A DNA stretch of 62,000 bases, the filler included, from Diploschistes diacapsis (lineage: Eukaryota), in assembly GCA_023645945.1 (NCBI GenBank). It is 14 parts of 14 records of this genome, joined end to end, with 100 filler letters (N's around TTAATTAATTAA, not from the genome) between each part and the next. Parts side by side here need not be neighbours in the genome. Positions count along the whole stretch, not along the records: positions 16,969 to 42,361 come from JALAIB010000210.1; positions 42,462 to 45,173 come from JALAIB010002100.1; positions 45,274 to 47,985 come from JALAIB010002101.1; positions 48,086 to 50,790 come from JALAIB010002102.1; 10 more parts are not named here. One strand, 5' to 3'. Positions 37,920 to 48,686 of this stretch are shown piece after piece. Each line of letters opens with the position of its first letter. The first letter of the stretch is position 1. Below the pieces are notes generated by a model. That model searched no databases. It was given only the letters and a program-made list of their open reading frames with translations, and was not told the DNA's origin. Made by a program: the position numbers and the translations under genes.

Positions 37920-40552
37920 AGGATTTTCCTTGGTTTTCTGGGGAGATTCCGGAGGAGTATCAGTCTTGAGAATAGAGCTGGAGCTTGGAGTCCGCCGAGC
38001 TATTTAAGAGAATTGTTAAGATTTGGCACGTGCTCAAAGGGGAGAGTAGTAATTCACCTAGCGGACCATTACGAAACCCGAGCATACTCATTATGGCTAG
38101 CGGTACAGTGCAACAAGATCTAGCAGAGATGTTACTTCTCGCCCACCAAGTTGGAGACATCTGGAAATGAAGGGCATTGTTCGAGTCTTATACCTGGAGC
38201 TCTTTGCCAGTCATCCAAGTCCAGTAAGCGGGCACCGAACGGCAGGTAGCCATACTGGCATGTTAAAGGACCGCGAACGAACCTGGTCGGTCGCCACGGC
38301 GGGGTTTGGGAAGAGGCGTGGGACGGGCGTGAGACAGAACCATAACCTAAAGGAGAATATTGGATCTCTGTAACCAGCCGCTTGCCATCTCACAGGAGAA
38401 TTTTGGCGGAACTGCCCGGTTTGTAGAGCCGATTGGATCGGCAGGGATCACGGCGAGCGAGGGAAATATGATGGCCAAGCAAGAGAACGAATTGAAGAGA
38501 GGAAAAGAATGGTCTAGAGCATGTGCAGTACGCGTAGAGGATGTATGAGTGGCATATGCATTCGGAAAACACGTTACTGAGGATGGTTAGAGCATAGCTA
38601 TGGCTCGAGCGATCAGTAGCCTGATCCCGATCCTTGGAAAGCAGTGAGACTCGGAGGTGTCTAGACTAAAGACTAGTAGCAGGTAAGTCATATTTTCGAC
38701 AGCACAAACAGTGTCCAGGCATCGAGCAACAACACGACACATGGCATGGCAGCATCAAGGGCATATTGTGAGGATAAGAGGTAGGACAGACTAGTAGAGA
38801 CGGAGAGTTTGTGGTTTGGCAGTACTCGAAAGGAAGATATAGGACTAGACAGAAAAGGGAAATGGAGAATAACAAGCAACAAAAGTCAGCCAGCCACGAT
38901 CTGGCAACCTCTTCCTGAAAGGGGTACTCACTAACTTGAAAGGGCTATGGGCCTATGGCGCTGGTTCTGGACCCCTTCTGGCTGACGAGTGGCTGGCTGA
39001 ATTGACCAATTCGGAAGTGACAGGTTGCTCGGTGCAGGGAGCATTTCCGTGTATTTATTTACTACTATGCATGCCATGCCATGCCATGCGAGGGTTCAAA
39101 AGCCTGCGGAAGCTAAAGGCCGGATATCCATCCTCCTAACGGATCATGGAATTGGGGCGCTTTGTCCGAACCTTCTTTGAAGTGTGCATAGCAGCGGAAT
39201 GGATATGGCTCTCCCTCTTTGCATGAAGCAACACTATGGGCGGTGACGGAGGCATTTCCGATATTCAAAGGTCCCGCAAAGCAAAAACTAGTCAGAAGCT
39301 TCAGTCAGAAAGTAATCGTCAGCTATCACGAAGCGCGAGTTGCACAAGTGTCTTTAGGTCTGAGACAGGGAGGAGGTAGTATTTCTGATGGTGGTGGAGG
39401 TGAGTCTGTGTTTTGGTGCGCTAATCAATACATAGTTAGATACGGCATAAATTTATAAAACCTTGCATAAAGCAATTATATATAATTATATATAATTCCC
39501 ATAACTTTCATAAATTTTTATGCAAGGCATAATTTATCCTTTATTTTTATAGAATATCCCCGCTGAAACTAATGAGGCGTGTGTGTAACTTCTGCCCTGT
39601 CACACACTTCTATGAATGCAACAACATTCTCTCTCAGCTTGGTTAATCGTCAAGTTAATCTCCGCATTTTCAGCAGCTGCGAGCATACTACATTAATCAC
39701 GAGGAGACTCCCAGAAACAAAGGTTAGCGCTGATTCGTGCGGCGCCACACAAGCATAGGTCTTTTAGCTCTTTTAGCATATATCTTCAGTGAGAGGTCAC
39801 TTCGTAGCTAATCAATATCGTGATAGGTAGTCTCAATTTTAGCTATCTAATGTGACACCAAACCTGACCATCTCTTACATTTCCTCTACTAAACACTACG
39901 AAAAGCTTATGAACTTAGCAATCCATCTCACCTCAACCAGGTTCGCTCTATCCAAGAGACCGTCACGACGGACCGGATATCTTCACAATAAATGCTTGAG
40001 TGGCTCCACCAGCAATCATCCCATCTCCTGCGAAGCTAGCTGCCCCGGAGAGGTTTTCAACATATCTGCACTCTTACAACCGGGAGGAAACCTAAGATTA
40101 CCTCGCACAAAGTCTCCGCAACCCAGCCATCCTTGTCTTGGAATGGCTGTGTGTATACAATTCACAGTAGCGGTGATGTCGAACATTCATAGAAATTAAC
40201 GTGGGTGTAGCATCTGCTCTCTCCGTATGGAGTTTCCCATAATCAGTAACCACGGACTCAACGCTCGGCCCAAGTAATCAGCGAAGCAAGGACGATAAAG
40301 CTTGATCCCGTCGTTGAGCGTCCGAATTTCCTGCATGGTGCAGATACTAACCCAATACACAGCGAGAACCAGTGAGCAAGAAGGACTTGTATCTACAAGC
40401 TAATCTGACCATGACAACAGGCGAAGCAACCACAAAACGCCAAAAACCTATGCCCTCAAATGAGCACGAATGAGAGGTTTGGACCTCTCCCAATAGCAGT
40501 GGACTGTTGACTCCAGCTCATATTAACCGCTATCTACCTAAGCTTTTACCAC

Positions 40553-41146
40553 TCAAACACGGACACAACATCTAAATTCCTCCGCCATGGCATCAACGTC
40601 GACCATCTGTCTCGCCGCCTCCCTAGCGACTACCTCATCAGAGTTAAAGAAAAGCCTAGTTCCCGTTGAAGTACCAGATCCACTGCTCCCGGAATCTGCT
40701 GGCCCAAGGTAAGCATCTTGAAGCTTCCCCGCCATGGATATCCTCTCAGTGTTTCCGTCGTCCTGTTCCGCCTCCCCATCCTTACCGATCTCCAACTCCT
40801 GCCCCTCATTCCCCGCGTTGACCCACTTCGCCCACTCATCCCACGACCCTCCCAAAATCTCCAGTACGCCAACAGCCGGCGACTGGCAAGAGTTCTGCAT
40901 GATTTCTTGTTCGTCGTTGTCGGCGGCCACGCTCCATAGCAGTATCTCTGCTATCTCGCGCACTTGCCTGTCCGTGAAACAGTTCAGCGGTTTGGGTGTG
41001 CAGTAGGCGCAATCGGCTACGTATCCCTTTTGGAAAGTCTCAAGTGGGCAGGCTTTGAGGTAGCTGAAAAAGCTGCAGCGGCGGAAAACATCCTTCGAGA
41101 GGTGAGTAGAGCACTGGACGCAGATTTTGAGGGTTTGGAGGCACAT
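40553..41146 (-). CDS. Hypothetical protein with Cys/His-rich N-terminus and acidic C-terminus (197 aa)
   Basis: Single ATG-initiated ORF: MC-x6-CxxCxxH-x8-C-x8-C-x12-CxxC. No family recognised. Confidence 0.5.
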   Translation of the reverse strand: MCLQTLKICVQCSTHLSKDVFRRCSFFSYLKACPLETFQKGYVADCAYCTPKPLNCFTDRQVREIAEILLWSVAADNDEQEIMQNSCQSPAVGVLEILGGSWDEWAKWVNAGNEGQELEIGKDGEAEQDDGNTERISMAGKLQDAYLGPADSGSSGSGTSTGTRLFFNSDEVVAREAARQMVDVDAMAEEFRCCVRV

Positions 41147-42461
41147 CAGAGGTCGGCTGTGAAGTAAGTGATTAGTCGGCAGGAAAACGCTTGTTGCTGT
41201 ACTGGAGCTTCAGTAAGGAGAGAAACATCTTCCCCCAGAGGCACTGATATACTGCGCCTACTCTAAACAAGGTAAGGTCCCTCTTTTCTTTGTTCGTTTG
41301 ACAATGCCCTTTGACCACAGCGCCCCTGTTGGGTGCAATAAGCCACTATGATTGTTGCCTATGTTGCTGTTCAAAGCCTTTGTGTCCGTCAATATCGAAA
41401 CAAGGACCGCTTGCCTTTCCTCACAAACGGATCGCTCACCGCCTCGGGTATGCTTGCTAGCCTTGGTTGCCAGTAACTGTGCGGGATATCTTTGCAGCCT
41501 GCTGATCGTAAGAGGCATATTATTATTTTCTTGGCCAGCTTCTTGCTGCCGATGGGCCATGCCCACGGCGTATCTGGCGTCCTTGGGAGTTTTTGGGCCA
41601 GTCCACCGTTTACAGCACGGCTTCAACAGCCAGCAGCAAAGAGATGGATGCTCTGCGACGATCAAAATGCCCGCCAAGCGATCATGGCATTTACAGCTGG
41701 TTTATGGGCCATATTGGGTCTGATCAGCCAATATCCCCAAACCCAAAAAAAGCGTCGGTATCCTGTTCGTAACTATGATAGCATTAAGTCATGACTATTT
41801 ATGGCCTCTGGCGCCGTCTACCGTTCCGAATACTATTATTGTCATGAGCTTAAACATCAAGCAGTGCAATGCTTTTTCCCGGAATGGATTGACTCGTTGA
41901 TCGAACCTATTCTACATATCGTAATGGGAATGAAAGAGCACCACGCGATTTCCATACCATGGAATCAACCTTGCGTGCGACTCCTCCGGTCATTGACGCG
42001 CGCAAGTGCCTTATCATGAACGGCTGGCCTATCGCGCAAGAATAGTCCACGCGGGAGGTGAGAAGCCAAGGTGATCGATGCTGGAGCCGTCAGAAGTCCC
42101 GGACAATCGAAAAGTGAAACCAAGGGCAAATAAAGCTGCGTGGCTCGAAGAGAAGAAAGTTTTGATTAACCAGAGGCATCCATGTCGCCCGCCGAAACCC
42201 AGTCAGCAAGTGCGTCCGCCCCACCGAACCACGAATCCCATGCAGAGGCATGAGGATAGGGAACGAGCAACGTAATACGACGGGACAGCGAGGCAGCCTC
42301 TCTCGCCACCCACTCTCTCACCCGCAAAAAACCCCACTGTTCTCCTCCCTCTCCCTCCGCCNNNNNNNNNNNNNNNNNNNNNNNNNNNNNNNNNNNNNNN
42401 NNNNNTTAATTAATTAANNNNNNNNNNNNNNNNNNNNNNNNNNNNNNNNNNNNNNNNNNNN

Positions 42462-43220
42462 AAATATTACTTTTTAATCAATTATCTATCATATGTAAAA
42501 AGTGCAGATTGATTACGGCAGTAGATAATTTTTTTAAGCGAATTAAAAATAAGGACTCGAAAAAGCGGATTATTGAATCTTTTAAAATCTGCTTTAACCA
42601 ACTTAAAAATATTTTATTTAAATGAGCTATTATAAGAGGTTCTATGCGTAGATTTCATTAAAAATATAAAAAAGCATTTTTTCGACGTTATACTGTTGTT
42701 GTGTGACCTTTTTCAGCATTTTTCAGGCATTTTAGAAAATTTAGATTAAGCGAAAACTAGCCGTTGTATGGCCAAATTATACAAAATTTTTCGGATTTTG
42801 AAGAATAAAGCCACACAACGACTGTATAATGTCGAAAAGATATTGATTTATAGTTTTAATGAAATCTACGCATAAAACCGCTCATAATAGATCATTTAAA
42901 TAAATTATTTTTTGCTTGGTTAAAGCAGATTTAAAAGATTCAAAAGTCCACTTTTTCGAGTCGTTATTTTAATTCGCTTAAAAAACTTAACTGATGACGT
43001 AATCAATGTACACTTTTTACATATGATAAATAATTGCTTGAAAAGTAGTACTTTAAAAAAAAATTAAAAAACGATTAATTTTGAAGAATTATTGAAGATT
43101 TAAACTATTTCTTGGCAAAAGTGGCCGGAATCCCCGTGAAACACGTTAAAGTTAAAAACATGTAGAATGGGGGGTAGGTGGGCGGATGATTTGTGTGGGC
43201 GGATGATTTATGAAAGACGT
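42462..43220. mobile_element. AT-rich foldback element with a pogo/Fot1-type terminus (left end lost at contig edge)
   Basis: Imperfect inverted arms ~42462-42710 and ~42805-43055. Right end GGGTAGGTGGGCGGATGATTTGTGTGGGCGGATGATTTATGAAAGACGT followed by TA, with an internal direct repeat in the TIR. Confidence 0.75.
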
Positions 43221-43222
43221 TA

Positions 43223-43431
43223 ACGTCTTTCCATAGGAAACGGAACACCCCACGAAGCGGAACACTACATTATAATGTAATTACGCTAGATAGTTTTAAG
43301 CGAGCTTTTGAGCCCCACAACCACACATGAAATTATTTGTACGAAACTAAATCTGTTTTCAACTACATTATACGAAGGTGCAGGGATTGTGTTCCGCTTC
43401 GTTGGGTGTTCCGTTTCCTGGGGAAAGACGT
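43223..43431. mobile_element. Complete 209-bp pogo/Fot1-type MITE with TA target duplication
   Basis: TA|ACGTCTTTCCATAGGAAACGGAACACCCCACGAAGCGGAACAC ... GTGTTCCGCTTCGTTGGGTGTTCCGTTTCCTGGGGAAAGACGT|TA; ~43-bp TIRs with three mismatches. Confidence 0.9.
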
Positions 43432-43669
43432 TATTAACTCTCGCTTAATAATAGAGCTCTAAGAGCCATCGATTACCCCTAGTACGAATTGTTTTATGAC
43501 TTCTGTGGGTTCGGGGATGTCATAAGCACGTGGGCTGATGGTCCTCGTTCAAGTATATAGTTGTTTTCTCAATAGAGGTTGTTTGCTATTGGCTTGCTAT
43601 CAATCAAAATCTTTGCTAGTTATTAGGCGACTGTGATCTGTCATGAAGCTGCGTTAAGCACGCGGTGAG

Positions 43670-44690
43670 GTCGCGCCGAGCCTGTAGCTCGCAACTCTCA
43701 TCCAACGCATGATAGTGCACGGTAATGATGGTTGCAAGGCCATGAGAGATTGTACCTTTAAAGGAAAGGTCAGTTAAGAATCGAGGCCTACGCAGGCAGT
43801 CTTGTACTGGATTTTAAGATCCTTGAAAGGATATCAAAGGGTTGTGGACTTAAAAGAGGCTTTTATCCTGGCAGTGCTTTCGATACGGGCGTTTGCCCCA
43901 ATAGCGGAACTCTGAATCACCCCATATGGGCCTTTTAAAACCAAGCAGCCCTGTAATATGTGTCCCGTTCGACGTATCCTCAATCAGGACATCCTGGGAG
44001 TCGCCGAATCCGATGATAACTAAGCGGGCCACTGTTACGTCTTCTAGAAAGGAGCCTGCATGGACTACAGCCTCTCGAATGGTAGAGTACGGCAGATTCA
44101 AATAAGCGTCCTCACCATCCTTGAGCAGTGATTCTAGCATGGCTCCAAACGCCGCTCGCCAATGCTAATGACCCTTGCCTCTAGAGACCTGTGCCATAAG
44201 TCCGAATGAAGGCACTTTAATGGCTGAAATTTTCGATTCGAACGAGAGGAGCTGCGCAGCCATTCCTTCATGATGGATCTGGAGTAGGCTCCAGCAGCTT
44301 GGACTGGGGATCCTTCCGATACAACGCTCCTGAGGAGGAAAGGAGTACCAAGAACAGTGCAAGTCGGATCATGCTGAACGACTGTGGGAACAGGTAGCCT
44401 GAGAGAAGATAAAAGGGCCAGAGTCAATGCCTCGTTTTCTAGAGCAAAGTGCTTGTGGCGGAGGCCAGGCCTTGAACTCGTAGTTGAAGTCTGGAGATAG
44501 AGCTGTGTCGAGTCTGCTAATGTGCGTCGTGGATGTTATTGAGACGGGAAGCTACGAGCTCTATATGCTGCAAACTCGATCCTCACTGTTCAACTAAACC
44601 AGACAATTTGGAAAGCTGAAAACAGGTCTGTAACCCCAGAAAGTAGCGACTGCTTGGGTCAGGGTGAAGACAAGGTAGATGCATTGAACC
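43670..44690 (-). pseudogene. Aminoglycoside phosphotransferase-like (APH/choline kinase fold) pseudogene
   Basis: LPVPTVVQHD...LGTPFLL, then a frameshift, an in-frame TAG, WRAAFGAMLESLLKDGEDAYLNLPY and ITGLLGFKRPIWGD. Ends approximate. Confidence 0.65.
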
Positions 44691-45063
44691 TCAAGGAGCG
44701 GAATCTTGACTAATAGGATAAGAAAGCAGTGGAGGATCGGTCAGACACTAGGAATACGCTGCTCGTATTCCAGGAAACGGTCGAATCGGTCCCAAAGATC
44801 CCAGTTGACAACGATTAGATTCTGGAGAATGTCTCTTTAAAACAGGGTCAGAAGGAATATCTTAGGAATGAAGTGATAATCCGAGCCTATACTAGGCGAA
44901 GGACAAGAGGAGACTTTGACGACATCTATTCACACCAATTCACACGCGGCATGTAGAGATTGGCATTTGCAGCAATCAAATGCTCGAGAGGAGCGTTCAG
45001 CGGTTAGCCAGCCATATCTAAGCGAGAATCGGAAGCATTCTCGTAGATGTTATGTGATTAAAC

Positions 45064-45173
45064 GGGCAAGTCTTATTCTGCCTACTATACACATAAATTA
45101 CATGATAAGTATTATGGTTCTTAAGATACTTTCTCAATCATGTTAATTTATATATAATCATAAGTATTTATAA
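45064..45173 (+). mobile_element. Terminus of a DNA-transposon-like repeat (GGGCAAGTCTTATTCTGCC), RIP-mutated copy
   Basis: Matches the reverse complement of 45306-45415; the differences are transitions, mostly toward A/T in this copy. Confidence 0.75.
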
Positions 45174-45273
45174 NNNNNNNNNNNNNNNNNNNNNNNNNNN
45201 NNNNNNNNNNNNNNNNNTTAATTAATTAANNNNNNNNNNNNNNNNNNNNNNNNNNNNNNNNNNNNNNNNNNNN

Positions 45274-45415
45274 ATAAACAAATGTGGCTGGAGGGAACGC
45301 TAGTTCCATAGATACTTGTGGCTGCATACAAATTAGTATGACTGAGAAAGTATCTTGAGAACCATGGTACTTATCATGTAATTTATGTGTACAGTAGGCA
45401 GAATAAGACTTGCCC
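45274..45415 (-). mobile_element. Terminus of the same GGGCAAG repeat, less mutated copy
   Basis: See 45064-45173. It lies at a contig edge about 200 bp upstream of BCP1. Confidence 0.75.
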
Positions 45416-45616
45416 CTTTGTGCGGGGAACTATCTACTTCAACGTTTCGCTTAATTACTTTGGTGATAGCATCCCGTCGGTTTAGAGATTCTGCATATGT
45501 TTCTTAACAAATAATCATCAGAATTCAGTTTGCTTGGAACTGTATCCAGAATTTCTACACCCGCTGTTTAGAGATCAACTCAAAGAAGCGTACTGCTAAG
45601 TGCAACTGTCGGCAAG

Positions 45617-46521
45617 ATGGGAAAGCGCAAAACCCGCTCTTCTAAGAAGGTCGATGAGGATAGTTCGAGCGGATCGGTCTGCTCTTGACTTATTATTTCG
45701 AGACGGAGAGTACTGATGTCTAACAGGACGACGAAATACTCGATGTTGACTTTGAATTCTTCGATCCCCAGCCAAACGTTGATTTTCACGGACTGAAGTC
45801 GCTTGTACGGCAACTTTTCGATGTTGATGCCGAATTAATTGACATCAGCGCTCTTGTGGAACTTATACTAGCTCAGCCGCTCCTGGGATCGACTGTTAAA
45901 TGCGATGGAAACGAGTCGGACCCCTATGCCTTTCTTTCGGTGCTCAACCTACGCGAGCATAAGGACAAGCCGGAAATACAGAAGCTGAAGCAATATATAC
46001 TTCAACAGACTTCGAAGAACCCAACACTGTCACCGGTAGCCGAAGCCTTAGAGGGGCCAAACACTGTTGGGCTCATTCTTACCGAAAGGTTAGTCAACGT
46101 CCCTGTGGAAGTGATACCGCCAATGTACAAGATGCTTGAAGAGGAAATGGATTGGGCCATTGAGGAGAAAGAGCCCTATACATTCACACACTATCTGATC
46201 ATCTCCAAAACTTACTGCGAGGTGGAGTCGCAGTTAGATCAGGAAGAGGACAGGCCGCAAAAGAAAAAAAAGAAGGGAAGTGGCAAAACGGAGGTCTTCA
46301 ATTTTCATCCGGAAGACACCATCATTCAGCGCTCCGCAACTGTATTCGGTGACTACCATTACGTCAAAGAGGGCTCGGAAGGCGATGCCGACTCGAGAAG
46401 AGCTTTCCAAGATCTTGGCATCAAGCCTCAAGGACATATGATGCTAATTGAAGCTTCGAAGTACAAATCCATGGTTGAAGCTCTGGAGCAAGCGCTGCAG
46501 CCTATCCCTGGAGTAGGCTGA
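45617..46521 (+). CDS. BCP1: Bcp1/BCCIP family protein (60S biogenesis, Mss4 export), one intron near the 5' end
   Basis: MGKRK..., intron, then DVDFEFFDPQPNVDFHGLKSLVRQLFDVDA, GSTVKCDG.ESDPYAFLSVLNL, LILTERLVNVP.EVIPPMY, FHPED. Confidence 0.95.
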
Positions 46522-46555
46522 AATAAAGATAGCGAATGAGAAAGCTAGATATGAA

Positions 46556-47458
46556 CTATTCCCACTCTGTTCCCCGGAGGCGCTGTAGGAGGTACTCAAC
46601 CTCTACAACCTTCGTTAGGGGTATTACAATTTCCTGGTTGCGTCAGCATTTCCAAACCAAAGCATTACGGCCCAGCTCACCTTGTACATCATTACAACGG
46701 CACCGACGTTGATCTTTTCCTGACCTTTGATATCTGAGCTTGGATCTGTGCCATATGTCTTCGCTTTTAGCCTCAGTCTCTCGAGGACCTTTTTCTCGAC
46801 CGCTGCGTTAGTGATGGCACCATCTATTCCCTCGCGGTCTTTCGCTTTGATCAACTTGATGAATCTCTCCGTTTCCGTTCGGAACTTGGATTCGGCGACA
46901 AATTTGCCGAAGTGTATCCGCCGGGACAAGGCTTGCAAGCACGCAACATCACACACTGCCGTCGAACCATAGTTCTCCCTTTGTTCGCCTCGGTCTTCTC
47001 TACCAAAATGTGGGCATGCTTGGGGAAGAATCTGGTTAATATACGCTTGTTTGATATCACCATTAACATTGACTGTATTTGGATGCAGAATGTCGGGGTA
47101 GCTCAAGGGTGCCAGTATTGGCTCCAGAAGGGATTCAGGGAAGAATGGATATTCGTCCGGAGCTTGGTAGCGGCGAACAACCGAGTGCGTGCGCTCGGTC
47201 TCCCTGAGCATCCAATCCAGGAGACTGAGTTTTGGATCAGGGCCTTTGACAGCGCCTGGTTCATAGATAGTCTTATTCAAAGGAAATTGAACCCGCTCAA
47301 TCAGATGGAAGGTAATTGTGTCTTCTAAGCGACTAGTATGTCAGTAAGCAGTCATGCTGGGTACAAGATGGGGCAGCCATATCTGACATGAGTTGGAAAC
47401 GAATGTTTGATAAGTCCAGAGCCTTGGAGGCATCGGAAAGGTCAATGGCTGAATCCAT
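46556..47458 (-). CDS. ARO7: Chorismate mutase (AroQ, eukaryotic type), two introns
   Basis: [86 protein letters not shown]. Confidence 0.97.
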
Positions 47459-48085
47459 GCCTTGCTATTAGCTGCTGCAAAAGCTGGATGTAACCCTATC
47501 TTGCAAGAAGGTCTAGAGAGTGCTCTATACGGCGGTTGTTGGTCCAGATGTCATTTGCAAGCACTTCCAGATTCCCGATTGAAGTCGGCTTCAACAAACA
47601 ACAGAAGGTATTTCTGCTATATGAATATTAAAGTATCTACCAAACTAGCATGGCGCGCTGCACCTTCTGATACCTCCCCCTTCTACTCAAGAATGAGCGC
47701 TCAGGAACTTGGCTTCAATATTTCGCTAGAACTAGCAAATCCGGCTAGGCTACTTTCAAAACCCCTGCGTCACCCCGCCGTCATACCCGTTGCGGAAGCA
47801 CCATCCCGTTTTCTACTTACCTCTCACCATAGTTCCACGCCACAACAAGATGTAGTGCAGGGCCATTCCACCAGCATCGCTCAAGGCGACCGTGCTCTAC
47901 TTTTCCACCCCAATATTCTACAACACCGGCGACACCGTCTCCAACCCCATCACCCTTTCCTCCCACCCCCGCACCAATGTTCGCCNNNNNNNNNNNNNNN
48001 NNNNNNNNNNNNNNNNNNNNNNNNNNNNNTTAATTAATTAANNNNNNNNNNNNNNNNNNNNNNNNNNNNNNNNNNNNNNNNNNNN

Positions 48086-48231
48086 ATGATTCTGATTCGA
48101 ATGGTGATATTTGTTTTGAAGGAGCGTGGGTGTAAAAAAACTTATAATAAACATCACTTGAAAGACCCGCAAAAAGGGCGTAAAGGCTAATGGTAAAATA
48201 TATATTTATTTCGGTCACAATAACTGTTCTG
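48086..48231 (-). mobile_element. Terminus of a young CAGAG/CAGAA-ended repeat (hAT-like), copy 1
   Basis: Near-identical to 53696-53834 and to the reverse complement of 59054-59199. Similarity stops sharply at CTG. Confidence 0.85.
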
Positions 48232-48686
48232 AGAAGGATTGGCCGACTCAGTCACTGGCCTGGCGAAGTGATGACAGTAATGGGGCAGTGGAATCTCATC
48301 CAGCAGCTGTTCGCGTAGAAGAAGCACGCGATGTCCACGGACCAGATGCTGCCATATTGTAGCTACTCCAGAGCACAGATACTTTCTTTCATCATAGATA
48401 AGGTTCCCTAGGAGCAGAAAATCCAAAGCTTAGTATGCAATAGGCAGACTGATCCGTCCTACGCGGCAAACTATGTCTAGTTCAATTGACGTCTTTCCAC
48501 TACGTCCTCACCCCCGCACTTGCTCCGAGCAGCAGTTGCAGCAGTAGCTTGAGCTGCGAGCTCTAGGTATGAAACACTACAAAGATAGCTGTATTTTAGC
48601 TATATGGTGGGCACAAGCTCGTACATGGTTTGCTTTCCTTCTCGTTGATTGCTTGCGCTGTTGCGGTGAAGAGCTGTTCTGACACA

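Noticed and set aside
16969..42361. 25.4-kb contig among size-sorted ~2.7-kb contigs, which could look like a large insertion
   Set aside because: Neighbouring contigs fall steadily from 2733 to 2702 bp. One long contig among them is what text sorting of numbered contig names would produce, so it is probably a file-order effect.
45064..45415. Apparent single transposon with TIRs spanning the gap
   Set aside because: The two contigs are joined artificially, the flanks show no TSD and the mutation loads differ.
48030..48218. Repeated ORF MTEINIYFTISLYALFAGLSS (also at 58905-59255)
   Set aside because: Chance frame within the repeated transposon end that runs into the N spacer.
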